Positions 25,952 through 35,447 of a stretch of 64,000 nucleotides of DNA are shown here, piece by piece; positions within the stretch are counted from its first letter, which is position 1; each line of letters opens with the position of its first letter. Made by a program: the position numbers and the translations under genes. The notes under the pieces were generated by a model. That model did no database searches and was not told where the DNA came from. It was given only the letters and a program-made list of their open reading frames with translations. The stretch is from positions 1,166 to 65,165 of the forward strand of contig JBBQAO010000008.1 of the NCBI GenBank assembly GCA_038316355.1, written 5' to 3'. The stretch comes from Burkholderiales bacterium. GTDB lineage: Bacteria > Pseudomonadota > Gammaproteobacteria > Burkholderiales > SG8-41.

Positions 25952-28309
25952 ATGAAAATCGACTTCGAAATCATCCGCGGCATCCTGGAACGGCGCCTGC
26001 AGCAGAGCGACATCGAACGGCTGCTCGGCGGGCTGTCCGACACCGAAAAAACGCAGTTACTGATCCGCATCACCGAACTCGTGCGCCGCACCACGGCGCT
26101 GGTTGATGTCGCCAATCGCGTGTCTGACACGTTATCGCTCGACGTGCTGTTCCCGCGGTTGATGGAGGTGGTGACCGAAACCCTCAACGTCGAACGCAGT
26201 TCGCTGTTTCTATACGACGCCGAGACCAAAGAGCTGTTCTCCCGCGTGATGCAGGGCAATGCGATGGGTGAGATCCGTTTTCCCGCCGACCGCGGTATTG
26301 CCGGGTCGGTATTCACCAGTGGCCGCGGCGAGATCATTGCCGACGCCTATGCCGATCAGCGCTTCAACCGCAAAGTCGATACCGATACCGGCTATCACAC
26401 GCGGAACATCCTGTGTGTGCCGATCCGCAACAAGAAGCAGGTGGTGATCGGTGTCACGCAGGCGCTGAACAAGCGCGAAGGCGATTTTGACACCGAGGAC
26501 CAGCAGTCGCTGGAGGCGCTGTCTTCGCAGGCTGCGGCTGCGCTGGAAAATGCGCGGATGTTCGAGAAAGTCGAACGTTCGCAGCGTGAAGAGGCGCTGC
26601 TGCTCGACGTGGTGAGTTCGATCACCTCCGAGATCCTGCTTGATCCGCTGCTCGAGAAAATCCTTGCTGCGGCAACCCAGCTGCTGGGCGCCGACCGTGG
26701 CTCGTTGTTTCTTTACGATCCGCTCAGCGGCGAGTTGTGGTCGCGTGTCGCTGGCGGCGAATCATCGCGCGAAATCCGCTTTCCAGCCAGCGCCGGCATC
26801 GCCGGTGAATGTTTCACCAAAGGCATGCGCATCAACATCGACGATGTCTACAGCGACACTCGCTTCAATCCGGAGGTCGACAAGGGTACGGGTTATCGCA
26901 CCCGCAACATCCTGTGCATGCCGATCACCGCCAAGGGTGGCAACAAGGTCGGCGTGATGGAAATTCTCAACAAGAAAGAGGGATCGTTTACTGCCAATGA
27001 CCAGCGCCGCCTTGCCGCCTTGTGTGCCCAGGCGGCGGTGTCCATCGAAAACGCGCAGTTGTTCGAAGATGTCAGCAATGCGCGCAACTACAACGAAAGC
27101 ATCCTGCGCAGCATGAGCAACGGCGTGCTGACGCTGGACCGCGCCAATGTAATCAGCAAGGTCAACCAGTCGGCCCTGCGCATCCTGCAGCGCGCCGAGC
27201 CGGAGATGGTCAACCGCAAGGTCGGCGAGGTGTTCGGCGGGCCCAACAGCTGGGTCACCAACAGCCTCGACAAGGTGCTGCGCACCGGCAGGATCGACAG
27301 CACGGTCGATTCGGACCTGGTGCTGGACGGGCGCCGTGCGGTGTCAGTGAACATGACCGCGGTCCCGCTGCGGGACCAGCGCGAAGAGCAGTTGGGCTCG
27401 ATGCTGATCATGGAGGACATCACCCAGGAGAAACGGCTGCGCCACACGATGTCGCGTTACATGAGCAAGGCGGTGATGGACGAACTGCTGGAGGGCGGCG
27501 AGGCGGTGCTGGGCGGCACCAGCCGCGAAGTGAGCGTACTGTTTTCGGACATACGCGGCTTCACCACGATGTCGGAGCGCTTGGGTGCGCGGGAAACCGT
27601 GGCCATGCTCAACGATTATTTCACCGACATGGTCGACATTGTGTTCGCCCACAACGGCATCCTCGACAAATACATCGGCGACATGATCATGGCGGTATTC
27701 GGCTCGGTGCGCGCAACCGAGCACGACGCGGGGAACGCGGTGACCGTCGGCAGCCGGATGATGGTCGCGCTGGGCGAACTGAACCGTCGCCGCGTGCCCG
27801 CCGGACATGAGGCGATCCGCGTCGGCATCGGCATCAGCACCGGGGACGTGGTCGCCGGCAGCATCGGTTCACCCAAGCGGCTCGAGTACACGGTGATCGG
27901 CGACCGCGTCAATTTTGCCGAGCGCCTGCAGAACGCCAACAAGTACTACGGCACCAGCGTGCTGATCTGCGAATCGACCGCGGCGCGGCTGCCGAATCCG
28001 GTACGGATGCGCGAACTGGACCTGATTCGCGCCCGCGGCATGCAGAGACCGGTGGCGATCTGCGAAGTGCTGGAACACCACACCGAGGAGAGTTTTCCGC
28101 ACATGGACGAGGTGATTTTCGCGTTTGCGGAAGCGGTGGCGAATTACCGCAACCGGTCCTGGGAACGCGCGGCGGTTCTGTTTGCCGGCATCCTCAAGGC
28201 CTGTCCGTCGGACCGGCCGTCGCAGCTTTATCTTGAGCGTTGCGAGGTTTACCGGAAAAATCCGCCGCCCGATAATTGGGATGGTGTCTGGAGCCTGAAT
28301 ACGCAGTAG
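25952..28309 (+). CDS. GAF-GAF-PAS class III adenylate cyclase (CyaB1-like architecture)
   Basis: 785 aa. Two GAF domains, a PAS-like segment (ILRSMSNGVLTLDRANVISKVN), and a cyclase domain (VLFSDIRGFT, KYIGDMIMAVFG, YTVIGDRVNFAERL). Confidence 0.88.
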   Translation: MKIDFEIIRGILERRLQQSDIERLLGGLSDTEKTQLLIRITELVRRTTALVDVANRVSDTLSLDVLFPRLMEVVTETLNVERSSLFLYDAETKELFSRVMQGNAMGEIRFPADRGIAGSVFTSGRGEIIADAYADQRFNRKVDTDTGYHTRNILCVPIRNKKQVVIGVTQALNKREGDFDTEDQQSLEALSSQAAAALENARMFEKVERSQREEALLLDVVSSITSEILLDPLLEKILAAATQLLGADRGSLFLYDPLSGELWSRVAGGESSREIRFPASAGIAGECFTKGMRINIDDVYSDTRFNPEVDKGTGYRTRNILCMPITAKGGNKVGVMEILNKKEGSFTANDQRRLAALCAQAAVSIENAQLFEDVSNARNYNESILRSMSNGVLTLDRANVISKVNQSALRILQRAEPEMVNRKVGEVFGGPNSWVTNSLDKVLRTGRIDSTVDSDLVLDGRRAVSVNMTAVPLRDQREEQLGSMLIMEDITQEKRLRHTMSRYMSKAVMDELLEGGEAVLGGTSREVSVLFSDIRGFTTMSERLGARETVAMLNDYFTDMVDIVFAHNGILDKYIGDMIMAVFGSVRATEHDAGNAVTVGSRMMVALGELNRRRVPAGHEAIRVGIGISTGDVVAGSIGSPKRLEYTVIGDRVNFAERLQNANKYYGTSVLICESTAARLPNPVRMRELDLIRARGMQRPVAICEVLEHHTEESFPHMDEVIFAFAEAVANYRNRSWERAAVLFAGILKACPSDRPSQLYLERCEVYRKNPPPDNWDGVWSLNTQ

Positions 28310-28430
28310 ATCGAATGACTGGCAGACCGGGTGCGGGCAGACTCTCTTCGGGCGCAGGGCACCGAGCCAATCATGAAATATTAATAAAATCAATGATTTA
28401 TATTGATAGTGTGCACTCGCATCGGGGGTT

Positions 28431-29819
28431 TCACCCAGGCCATTGCGGCGCATCGTTGCCGAGCGGAACCGGAGCCCGGTCCCAGCCGGCCGGCGTGGCG
28501 GCAAGCTCGACGACGGGCCGCAGAAAACGCAACCGCCCGAACACCGATGCCTGTTCAGCGTACAGGTCTTCAATCTCTGAATCTGCCGGCACCTGTGCTG
28601 CATGGGTGTTTTCGTAACCCAGCGTGTTCGTCATTTCCCGGATCCACGCGGAGGTACGTTCCAGCGACAGCGTGACTTCCCATGAACCGCCTTCCAATGC
28701 GCGGCGGCGCAAGGCAATCATTGCGCCGAATGCCGCCAGATAACCGGTCAGATAATCCAGTGGCTGACAGGGCAGGCGTGCCGGTTTGACCGCGGGTTTG
28801 CCGGTCCAGGTCAGTCCGGTGGCGGCCGACACCAGCGTGTCGTAACCGCGGCGCGCAGCCCAGGGGCCGGCTTTGGAGAATGCGGAGATGTTGACATACA
28901 CCATGCCGGGGCGAAGCGCGGCCATGGCTTGCGCGGAAAAGCCGCGCATGGCCAATGCACCAGGGCGGTACGCGTTCAGAAAAACATCCGCGTTGCTGGC
29001 GAGCCGGCGCAGCGTCGCGATGCCCTCTGCAGTATCGAGGTTGGCCATGGTGGCGTATTTGCCCAGGCCGGTGTCGATCACCAGCGATTCCAGGGAGGGC
29101 AGATGCGGCGCGCTGGTCACCATGACTGTTGCGCCGTGTTCGGCCAGCGTCCTGCCTGCCATCGGGCCGGCGATGATGCGGGTCAGATCGAGCACGCGCA
29201 GGCCGGACAGCGGGCGCGTGCCGTTGCCCGCCGGTTGCGGTGGCGCATCCCCGATGCGGGTGATTTCAATCAGCGGCAGCGCTGCGGTGGCCAGGGCCTG
29301 CGGATGTGTACTCCAGGTCTGCGCATTACGCACCGCCACGCCGCACAGTCCGCGTTCACCGGCGGCCTTTTCGACATCGGCAGCGGACCAGGCCGTGAGC
29401 GCGGCGCTTAACGCGGCATGGTCATTGGGTACTTTGAATAATTGCAGCAGGCCGTCGCGCAGGTGTGCAAAATTGCCATGCAGATACACCCAGCCGTCGC
29501 GGACGGGGTAATAACCGGTGATCGGATCCCATGATTTCACCGGCCGGCCATCGACCCGCAGATAGGTCGAGGAAGTCATGGCGAGTGTTGCCGCACGTAT
29601 GCTGACGCCGACACGCTGAGAGCGGCCGCCGCGCATCTGTCGCAGCGTGGCCGCAATCAGTCCGCTGGCACCGATGGCTGCCGTGGCCAGCGGCCCTATC
29701 GGCAATGCGGTCGGCAGCATATTGGGCGAGGGCGTGATTTGCAGCATGTCGACGGGTGCATCGCGCCAATCGACACCGTTCAGCAGTGAGTGCAGGGCCT
29801 GCAGTGTCCGTTGCGGCAT
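28431..29819 (-). CDS. family III CoA-transferase (CaiB/BaiF)
   Basis: 462 aa. LSGLRVLDLTRIIAGPMAGRTLAEHGATV is typical of the family. Confidence 0.8.
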   Translation of the reverse strand: MPQRTLQALHSLLNGVDWRDAPVDMLQITPSPNMLPTALPIGPLATAAIGASGLIAATLRQMRGGRSQRVGVSIRAATLAMTSSTYLRVDGRPVKSWDPITGYYPVRDGWVYLHGNFAHLRDGLLQLFKVPNDHAALSAALTAWSAADVEKAAGERGLCGVAVRNAQTWSTHPQALATAALPLIEITRIGDAPPQPAGNGTRPLSGLRVLDLTRIIAGPMAGRTLAEHGATVMVTSAPHLPSLESLVIDTGLGKYATMANLDTAEGIATLRRLASNADVFLNAYRPGALAMRGFSAQAMAALRPGMVYVNISAFSKAGPWAARRGYDTLVSAATGLTWTGKPAVKPARLPCQPLDYLTGYLAAFGAMIALRRRALEGGSWEVTLSLERTSAWIREMTNTLGYENTHAAQVPADSEIEDLYAEQASVFGRLRFLRPVVELAATPAGWDRAPVPLGNDAPQWPG

Positions 29820-29831
29820 CGGCAGTTAATT

Positions 29832-31091
29832 TTATTCGGCAGTGTTGTTGACCGGATAACCCTGGGGCAACAACACCCACATCCGCAGTGCCTGTTTCAT
29901 GCGCCCCGCTTCGCGCCCCGCGTCATCGCCGTAACCCCAGAAAAAATCGGCGCGCACCGCGCCGCGGATCGCCGCGCCGGTGTCCTGGGCGAGCATCAAC
30001 TGCTGCAGCGGTTTTTTGCTGAGCGGCCAGGTCGTGGCGAGAAACACCGGGGCGCCCAGCGGCACAAAGCGTGGATCAACGGCAATCGAACGCCGTGCGG
30101 TCAGCGGCACACCCATTGCGCCCAGCGGTCCGCTGAGGCCTGCCGGCAGTTCACGGAAAAATATGTAGCGCGGGTTGTAATCCAGCACTTCGCGCAGCTT
30201 GTCCGGGTTCTGCTGCGCCCAGGCCTTGATGCCCTGCATCGACGCGCGCTCCGCCGGCAGTTCGCCGCGATCGATCAGCAGGCGGCCGATGGAGCGGTAG
30301 GGCTGGCCGTTGTGATCGGCGAAACCCACGCGCATCACGCCGCCGTCGAGGTCAATCCGCCCCGAGCCCTGGATCTGCAGGAAAAAAAGTTCCACCGGAT
30401 CGTCGACCCAGGCGATTTCCCGGCCGCGCAGCGGCGCTGCACCGGCCTCGATTTGCGCGCGGTCGAAATACGGCACCACCCGTTTGCCGTCGAGTCGGGC
30501 GCGCGGCCGTGAGTCGCGCGATTCGACGCCGAAGGCCGGCAGGTCGATGCTGATCAGATCGTCGGGGGCACCGTACACCGGATAACGGAAACGCGCCGTC
30601 GGCTTGCGGCTGCCGCGCAGCAGCGGTTCGTAATAACCGGTGGCGAGACCGTCAGTACCGCCGTCGGGCTGCAGCAACTGGTAAGGCATGAAATTCAGTT
30701 CGAAAAAACGCCGGGCGCGCTCGCGGTCGGGACGCGGTGCGGCCTGCGCAGCGGCGCAGACTGCGCGCCACGCTTCCTGCGCTTTCAGGCTGCCGCAACT
30801 GGCCAGCAGTGCATCCCAGGCTGCCGCCGGATCATCATCACGCCAGCCGGGTAGTTCCGTCCAGTTGCCGCGGCGCAGTTGAGTGCCGGCTGACGGTGGA
30901 ACCGGTGTGACTGCAGGTGGCGTTTCTGCTCGCGGGGCCGGTTGTTGTGGCGCCGGTGCTTGCACGGGAGGTGCGGATGGAGGCGCAGCAGGTTTTTCCG
31001 GCGTCGAGCGGCAGGCGGCCATGATCAGTACCACAAGCACGGCGGCGAGCGTTACACGCGGGGAGAATTTGTTAGAGTTGGTGCTGTGCAT
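29832..31091 (-). CDS. mltA: membrane-bound lytic murein transglycosylase A
   Basis: Lipoprotein signal LVVLIMAAC from ATG 31091. MltA-type segments YYEPLLRGS, PYRSIGRLLIDRGE, FFWGYGDDAG. Confidence 0.88.
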   Translation of the reverse strand: MHSTNSNKFSPRVTLAAVLVVLIMAACRSTPEKPAAPPSAPPVQAPAPQQPAPRAETPPAVTPVPPSAGTQLRRGNWTELPGWRDDDPAAAWDALLASCGSLKAQEAWRAVCAAAQAAPRPDRERARRFFELNFMPYQLLQPDGGTDGLATGYYEPLLRGSRKPTARFRYPVYGAPDDLISIDLPAFGVESRDSRPRARLDGKRVVPYFDRAQIEAGAAPLRGREIAWVDDPVELFFLQIQGSGRIDLDGGVMRVGFADHNGQPYRSIGRLLIDRGELPAERASMQGIKAWAQQNPDKLREVLDYNPRYIFFRELPAGLSGPLGAMGVPLTARRSIAVDPRFVPLGAPVFLATTWPLSKKPLQQLMLAQDTGAAIRGAVRADFFWGYGDDAGREAGRMKQALRMWVLLPQGYPVNNTAE

Positions 31092-31098
31092 AGTCAAA

Positions 31099-31836
31099 TT
31101 ACAGGGTAAGAGCAATGACCGGATTGATGTGGTACCTGATTGAAGCTGCGGTCGCCATGGCATTGCTGGGTGGCATCGTCTGGCTGACCTGGCCGCGGCG
31201 TGACGACGATGACAAGGATGAGTCCGGCAAGTCCTGAACCGCGGTTTTCTCCAGCGTAATCATCCGAAACCAGCCGCCGGCCAGCGCGGGCTGGTCGTCG
31301 ATTATCCGCAAGTCACTCACCCCGGCCAGCGCGTCTTCGAATACGACATTGGTGCGGGTGGCAATGCGCCGCGCCAGCGGGTTGATGATCCGGCGCAGCC
31401 ATGCGCGCTCACCGGGGCGCAGGAATTTGTCGAGCACGAACAGCCGTCCGCCGACCTTGACCACGCGCGCTGCTTCACGCAGCGCTGCCCGGGTGTCCGG
31501 CACGATGGCGAGGATCAGGTGCAGCAAGACATGATCGAAGGCCTCGCTGCGAAACGGCAGCCGCTGGCTGTCGCCCTGCGCCCATTGCAGATCGAGGTGA
31601 TCGCCGCGCGGCAGTGCTTTTTGCAGCATCGCCCGCGTCAGATCCAGCGCCGTGTAGCGATGCGCTGCGGGCAGCAGCGGCAGATCAAGCCCGGTGCCGA
31701 TGCCGTTGAGCAGGATGTGCGCGCCGCCGCTGCGCGGCAGTCGCGCGAGACTTCTGGCGCGCACCCGGCCCAGCGCCGGCCCGATCAGCCAGTCATAAAA
31801 CGGCGCGAGCAGCGTGTAACTGGTGCGGAGGGACAT
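31099..31836 (-). CDS. class I SAM-dependent methyltransferase
   Basis: 245 aa. SAM-binding LLNGIGTGLDL. The last ~45 codons (after ..RMITLEKT) look non-homologous and lie antisense to a candidate small ORF (see findings). Confidence 0.75.
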   Translation of the reverse strand: MSLRTSYTLLAPFYDWLIGPALGRVRARSLARLPRSGGAHILLNGIGTGLDLPLLPAAHRYTALDLTRAMLQKALPRGDHLDLQWAQGDSQRLPFRSEAFDHVLLHLILAIVPDTRAALREAARVVKVGGRLFVLDKFLRPGERAWLRRIINPLARRIATRTNVVFEDALAGVSDLRIIDDQPALAGGWFRMITLEKTAVQDLPDSSLSSSSRRGQVSQTMPPSNAMATAASIRYHINPVIALTL

Positions 31837-31839
31837 GCC

Positions 31840-32220
31840 CTAATGCAGCACGCGCGGCACGGACAGCGTGAATTCGGGGATGGTGGCGTCGAAACGCGTG
31901 CCGTCTTCGGCCACCATCTGGTAGGCGCCGCGCATTGTGCCGACCGATGTTGCCAGCACCGAGCCGCTGGTGTATTCGAAGCTCTCGCCGGGTTTCAGTT
32001 TTGGCTGGGCGCCCACCACGCCCTGGCCTTTGACTTCCTGCACCAGATTGTTGGCATCGGTGATGATCCAGTGACGGCTCAGGAGTTGTGCCGGCACCTC
32101 ACCGGTGTTGGTGATGGTGATGGTGTAGGCGAAGGCGTAACGGTCGGCATCGGCGTCCGACTGTTCCGGGATATAGGTCGCGCGCGGAGCGACGCTGATT
32201 TGATATTTGTGTTCGGTCAT
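31840..32220 (-). CDS. apaG: ApaG (DUF525) protein
   Basis: 126 aa. YAFAYTITITNTGEVPAQLLSRHWIITDANN. Confidence 0.9.
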   Translation of the reverse strand: MTEHKYQISVAPRATYIPEQSDADADRYAFAYTITITNTGEVPAQLLSRHWIITDANNLVQEVKGQGVVGAQPKLKPGESFEYTSGSVLATSVGTMRGAYQMVAEDGTRFDATIPEFTLSVPRVLH

Positions 32221-32384
32221 GGCCGTATTCTCGCATTCGCGGCGCGCCTGCGGAAGTTCTGTATCTTTGCTGCGAGTTTCGCTGCGGGCGGGAGTGGGTG
32301 AAAATGGACGGGAACGGGTAGAATTATCCCGTCACTATCCAACGTTATCATCGGCATATCACCGTCATCAATCCGGATTCCGCC

Positions 32385-33047
32385 ATGACCCATCGCCTTG
32401 CGCCCAGCATCCTGTCCGCCGACTTTGCCCGTCTGGGTGAAGAAGTGCGGGCCGTGGTTGCCGCCGGTGCCGACCTGATCCATTTCGACGTCATGGACAA
32501 TCACTACGTGCCCAATCTCACCATCGGGCCGCTGGTGTGCCAGGCGATCCGTCCGCTGGTCAAGGTGCCGATCGATGTCCATCTGATGGTTAAACCGGTG
32601 GATCGCATCGTGCCGGATTTCGCCAAAGCCGGTGCCAACATCATTTCCTTCCACCCGGAAGCTTCGGAACACATCGACCGCACCATCAGCCTGATCAAGG
32701 AACACGGCTGCAAGGCCGGGCTGGTGTTCAATCCGGCAACGCCGCTCGATTATCTCGACCACGTGCTCGACAAACTCGATCTGGTGCTGATCATGTCGGT
32801 GAATCCCGGCTTCGGCGGACAGGCCTTCATTCCCGGCGCGCTGGCTAAACTCGCTGAGGTGCGCAAACGCATCGACCAGAGCGGGCGCGACATCTGGCTC
32901 GAAGTGGATGGCGGCGTCAAAGCCGACAACATCGCTGAAATCGCCAAAGCCGGCGCGGATACTTTTGTCGCCGGCTCGGCGATATTCGGCACCAGCGACT
33001 ACAAGGCCACCATCGCGACGATGCGCGCAGCGCTCGCCAAATCCTGA
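32385..33047 (+). CDS. rpe: ribulose-phosphate 3-epimerase
   Basis: 220 aa. [38 protein letters not shown]. Confidence 0.96.
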   Translation: MTHRLAPSILSADFARLGEEVRAVVAAGADLIHFDVMDNHYVPNLTIGPLVCQAIRPLVKVPIDVHLMVKPVDRIVPDFAKAGANIISFHPEASEHIDRTISLIKEHGCKAGLVFNPATPLDYLDHVLDKLDLVLIMSVNPGFGGQAFIPGALAKLAEVRKRIDQSGRDIWLEVDGGVKADNIAEIAKAGADTFVAGSAIFGTSDYKATIATMRAALAKS

Positions 33048-33113
33048 ACTCTCTGGCAGTGCAGCATCGCGGCGGCTGAGTCGCGCTGCCCTGTCGTTTG
33101 CTGCAACTGGATC

Positions 33114-33815
33114 ATGAACAATACACCGTCGAAAAAAACCTTTCCGATTGCCGTGCAAGCCGTGATGATCGATCTCGACGGCACTCTTCTCGATACCATT
33201 CCCGACCTCGCGGCCGCGATCAACCTGATGCTGGAAGCGCTGGGCCATGCGCCACTGCCGCTGGATACGGTGCGCACTTTTGTCGGCAAAGGCCTCCCGC
33301 GGTTGGTCGAGCGTGCGCTGGCCCGTGATATTGACGGCCATGCCGACGCTGCGGCGATGGCACAGGCGCTGCCGGTGTTCGAGCGCTTCTACACCGAAGT
33401 CAACGGCCGTTACACCACGGTGTACCCGGGCGTAAGAGAAGGCCTGGAGCAGTTTCGCGCCGGCGGTTTCCCGCTGGCCTGTGTGACCAACAAGTCCGGC
33501 GCATTCACGCTGCCGCTGCTGGAGCGCATGGGCATGGCGCCGTTTTTTGCGCAGACCATCTCAGGAGACACGCTGGCGCGCAAAAAACCCGATCCCATGC
33601 AGTTGCTGCATGCCTGCGCGCAGTTCGGTGTCGCGCCGGAGCAGATGCTGATGATTGGAGATTCCGTAAATGACGCGCAGGCGGCGCGCGCGGCGGGGTG
33701 CCCGGTATTCTGCGTGCCCTACGGTTACAACGAGGGACTGGCCGTGCAGAGCCTCGATGTTGATGCTATAGTAGGCGCGCTGACTGAATGTATCCCATTG
33801 ATTAAAAAGGTTTAA
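33114..33815 (+). CDS. gph: phosphoglycolate phosphatase
   Basis: 233 aa. HAD motifs IDLDGTLLDT, VTNK, GDSVNDAQAA. Conserved rpe-gph-trpE order. Confidence 0.88.
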   Translation: MNNTPSKKTFPIAVQAVMIDLDGTLLDTIPDLAAAINLMLEALGHAPLPLDTVRTFVGKGLPRLVERALARDIDGHADAAAMAQALPVFERFYTEVNGRYTTVYPGVREGLEQFRAGGFPLACVTNKSGAFTLPLLERMGMAPFFAQTISGDTLARKKPDPMQLLHACAQFGVAPEQMLMIGDSVNDAQAARAAGCPVFCVPYGYNEGLAVQSLDVDAIVGALTECIPLIKKV

Positions 33816-33829
33816 TCGTGTTGCTCTCG

Positions 33830-33886
33830 ATGAGGTTCGAAACGGTGTCTGGCGCCTGGCGCTGGCGTCGCGATTGGCGTTGCTGA
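33830..33886 (+). promoter_or_regulatory. candidate trp leader peptide (MRFETVSGAWRWRRDWRC, 3 Trp in 18 codons)
   Basis: Small ORF between gph and trpE with TGG at codons 10, 12 and 16. A TTTT run (33930-33933) precedes the trpE SD (GGAG). No obvious SD for the leader, and I could not draw a clean terminator/antiterminator pair by eye. Confidence 0.4.
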
Positions 33887-33934
33887 TCGCACGTTGCCAG
33901 GCTGCTGTTCCGTTTCTGTACCCGACCTGTTTTC

Positions 33935-35437
33935 GTGGAGCAAGACATGACTGAATCTGAATTCGATCGACTCGCCGCTGCGGGTTACAACCGTGTGCCG
34001 GTGGTGCTCGAAACCTTTGCCGACCTCGACACGCCGCTGTCGATTTACCTGAAGCTCGCCAACCAGCCGTACAGTTATCTGCTGGAATCGGTGGTCGGCG
34101 GTGAACGTTTCGGCCGTTATTCCTTCATCGGACTTGCCGCTGCCGCCCGCATCGAAGTGCGTGACCATAGCTGTATCGAAGTCCGCGACGGCGTCGAGAC
34201 GCTGCGCGAAGAAGCCGATGACCCGCTGGCCTTCGTCGAAAATTATCTGAAACGCTTCAAGGTCGCGACCGATCCGCGGCTGCCGCGGTTTTGCGGCGGG
34301 CTGGTCGGATATTTCGGCTACGACACCGTGCGTTACATCGAAAAGCGGCTTGCTCGCAGCAACAAACGCGATGAACTTGGCACGCCGGACATCCTGCTGC
34401 TGGTGTCGGAAGAAATCGCCATCGTCGATAACCTGTCGGGCAAGCTGTCGCTGGTGGTGTATGCCGAACCGGGCAAACCCGGGGCTTATGCCGCGGCGCG
34501 TGCGCGTCTCGCGGTGTTGCTGGAAAAACTGCGCGCACCGGTGAAGTTGCCGGAAAGCGTGCCGGTGAAATCCGAACCCGCGGTATCCGGGTTCGGCGAG
34601 GCGGCCTATTACCAGGCGGTGGAGCGCGCGAAAAAATACATTTTTGAAGGCGACATCATGCAGGTAGTGCCGTCACAGCGCATGAGCAAGCCCTTCCATG
34701 CCTCGCCGCTGTCGCTGTATCGCGCGTTGCGTGCATTGAACCCCTCGCCGTACATGTTCTGCTTCAACTTTGGTGATTTCCATGTCGTCGGCGCTTCACC
34801 GGAAATCCTCGCTCGCCTTGAGGGCGACGTGGTTACGGTGCGTCCGATTGCCGGCACGCGCCGTCGCGGTGCCACGCCGGAAGAAGATGCCGCGCTGGCA
34901 ACGGAACTGCTGGCGGATGCCAAGGAGCGCGCCGAACACCTGATGCTGGTCGATCTCGGCCGCAATGACGCGGGGCGTGTCGCCCAAACCGGCAGCGTCA
35001 AGGTCACCGAACAGATGATCATCGAGCGTTATTCGCATGTCATGCACATCGTGTCCAGTGTCGAGGCCAAACTGAAACCGGGGCTCAACGCGATCGACGT
35101 ACTGCGCGCGACTTTTCCGGCGGGCACGGTGTCGGGCGCGCCCAAGGTGCGGGCGATGGAAATCATCGACGAGCTGGAACCGGTCAAACGCAGCATCTAT
35201 GCCGGGGCGGTTGGTTATCTTGGTTTCCACGGCAATATGGACGTGGCGATTGCCTTGCGCACGGCGGTGATCAAGGACGGCAGACTGCATGTGCAGGCGG
35301 GCGGCGGTGTGGTTGCCGACTCGCAGCCCGAAGCCGAATGGCAGGAAACCCAGAGCAAGGCGCGGGCCCTGCTGCGCGCAGCCGAGATTGCCGAAGCCGG
35401 CCTGGATACACGATTAGATTCGCTTGGTCGGGATTGA
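33935..35437 (+). CDS. trpE: anthranilate synthase component I
   Basis: 500 aa. [39 protein letters not shown]. Confidence 0.96.
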   Translation: MEQDMTESEFDRLAAAGYNRVPVVLETFADLDTPLSIYLKLANQPYSYLLESVVGGERFGRYSFIGLAAAARIEVRDHSCIEVRDGVETLREEADDPLAFVENYLKRFKVATDPRLPRFCGGLVGYFGYDTVRYIEKRLARSNKRDELGTPDILLLVSEEIAIVDNLSGKLSLVVYAEPGKPGAYAAARARLAVLLEKLRAPVKLPESVPVKSEPAVSGFGEAAYYQAVERAKKYIFEGDIMQVVPSQRMSKPFHASPLSLYRALRALNPSPYMFCFNFGDFHVVGASPEILARLEGDVVTVRPIAGTRRRGATPEEDAALATELLADAKERAEHLMLVDLGRNDAGRVAQTGSVKVTEQMIIERYSHVMHIVSSVEAKLKPGLNAIDVLRATFPAGTVSGAPKVRAMEIIDELEPVKRSIYAGAVGYLGFHGNMDVAIALRTAVIKDGRLHVQAGGGVVADSQPEAEWQETQSKARALLRAAEIAEAGLDTRLDSLGRD

Positions 35438-35447
35438 GGGGATCACC

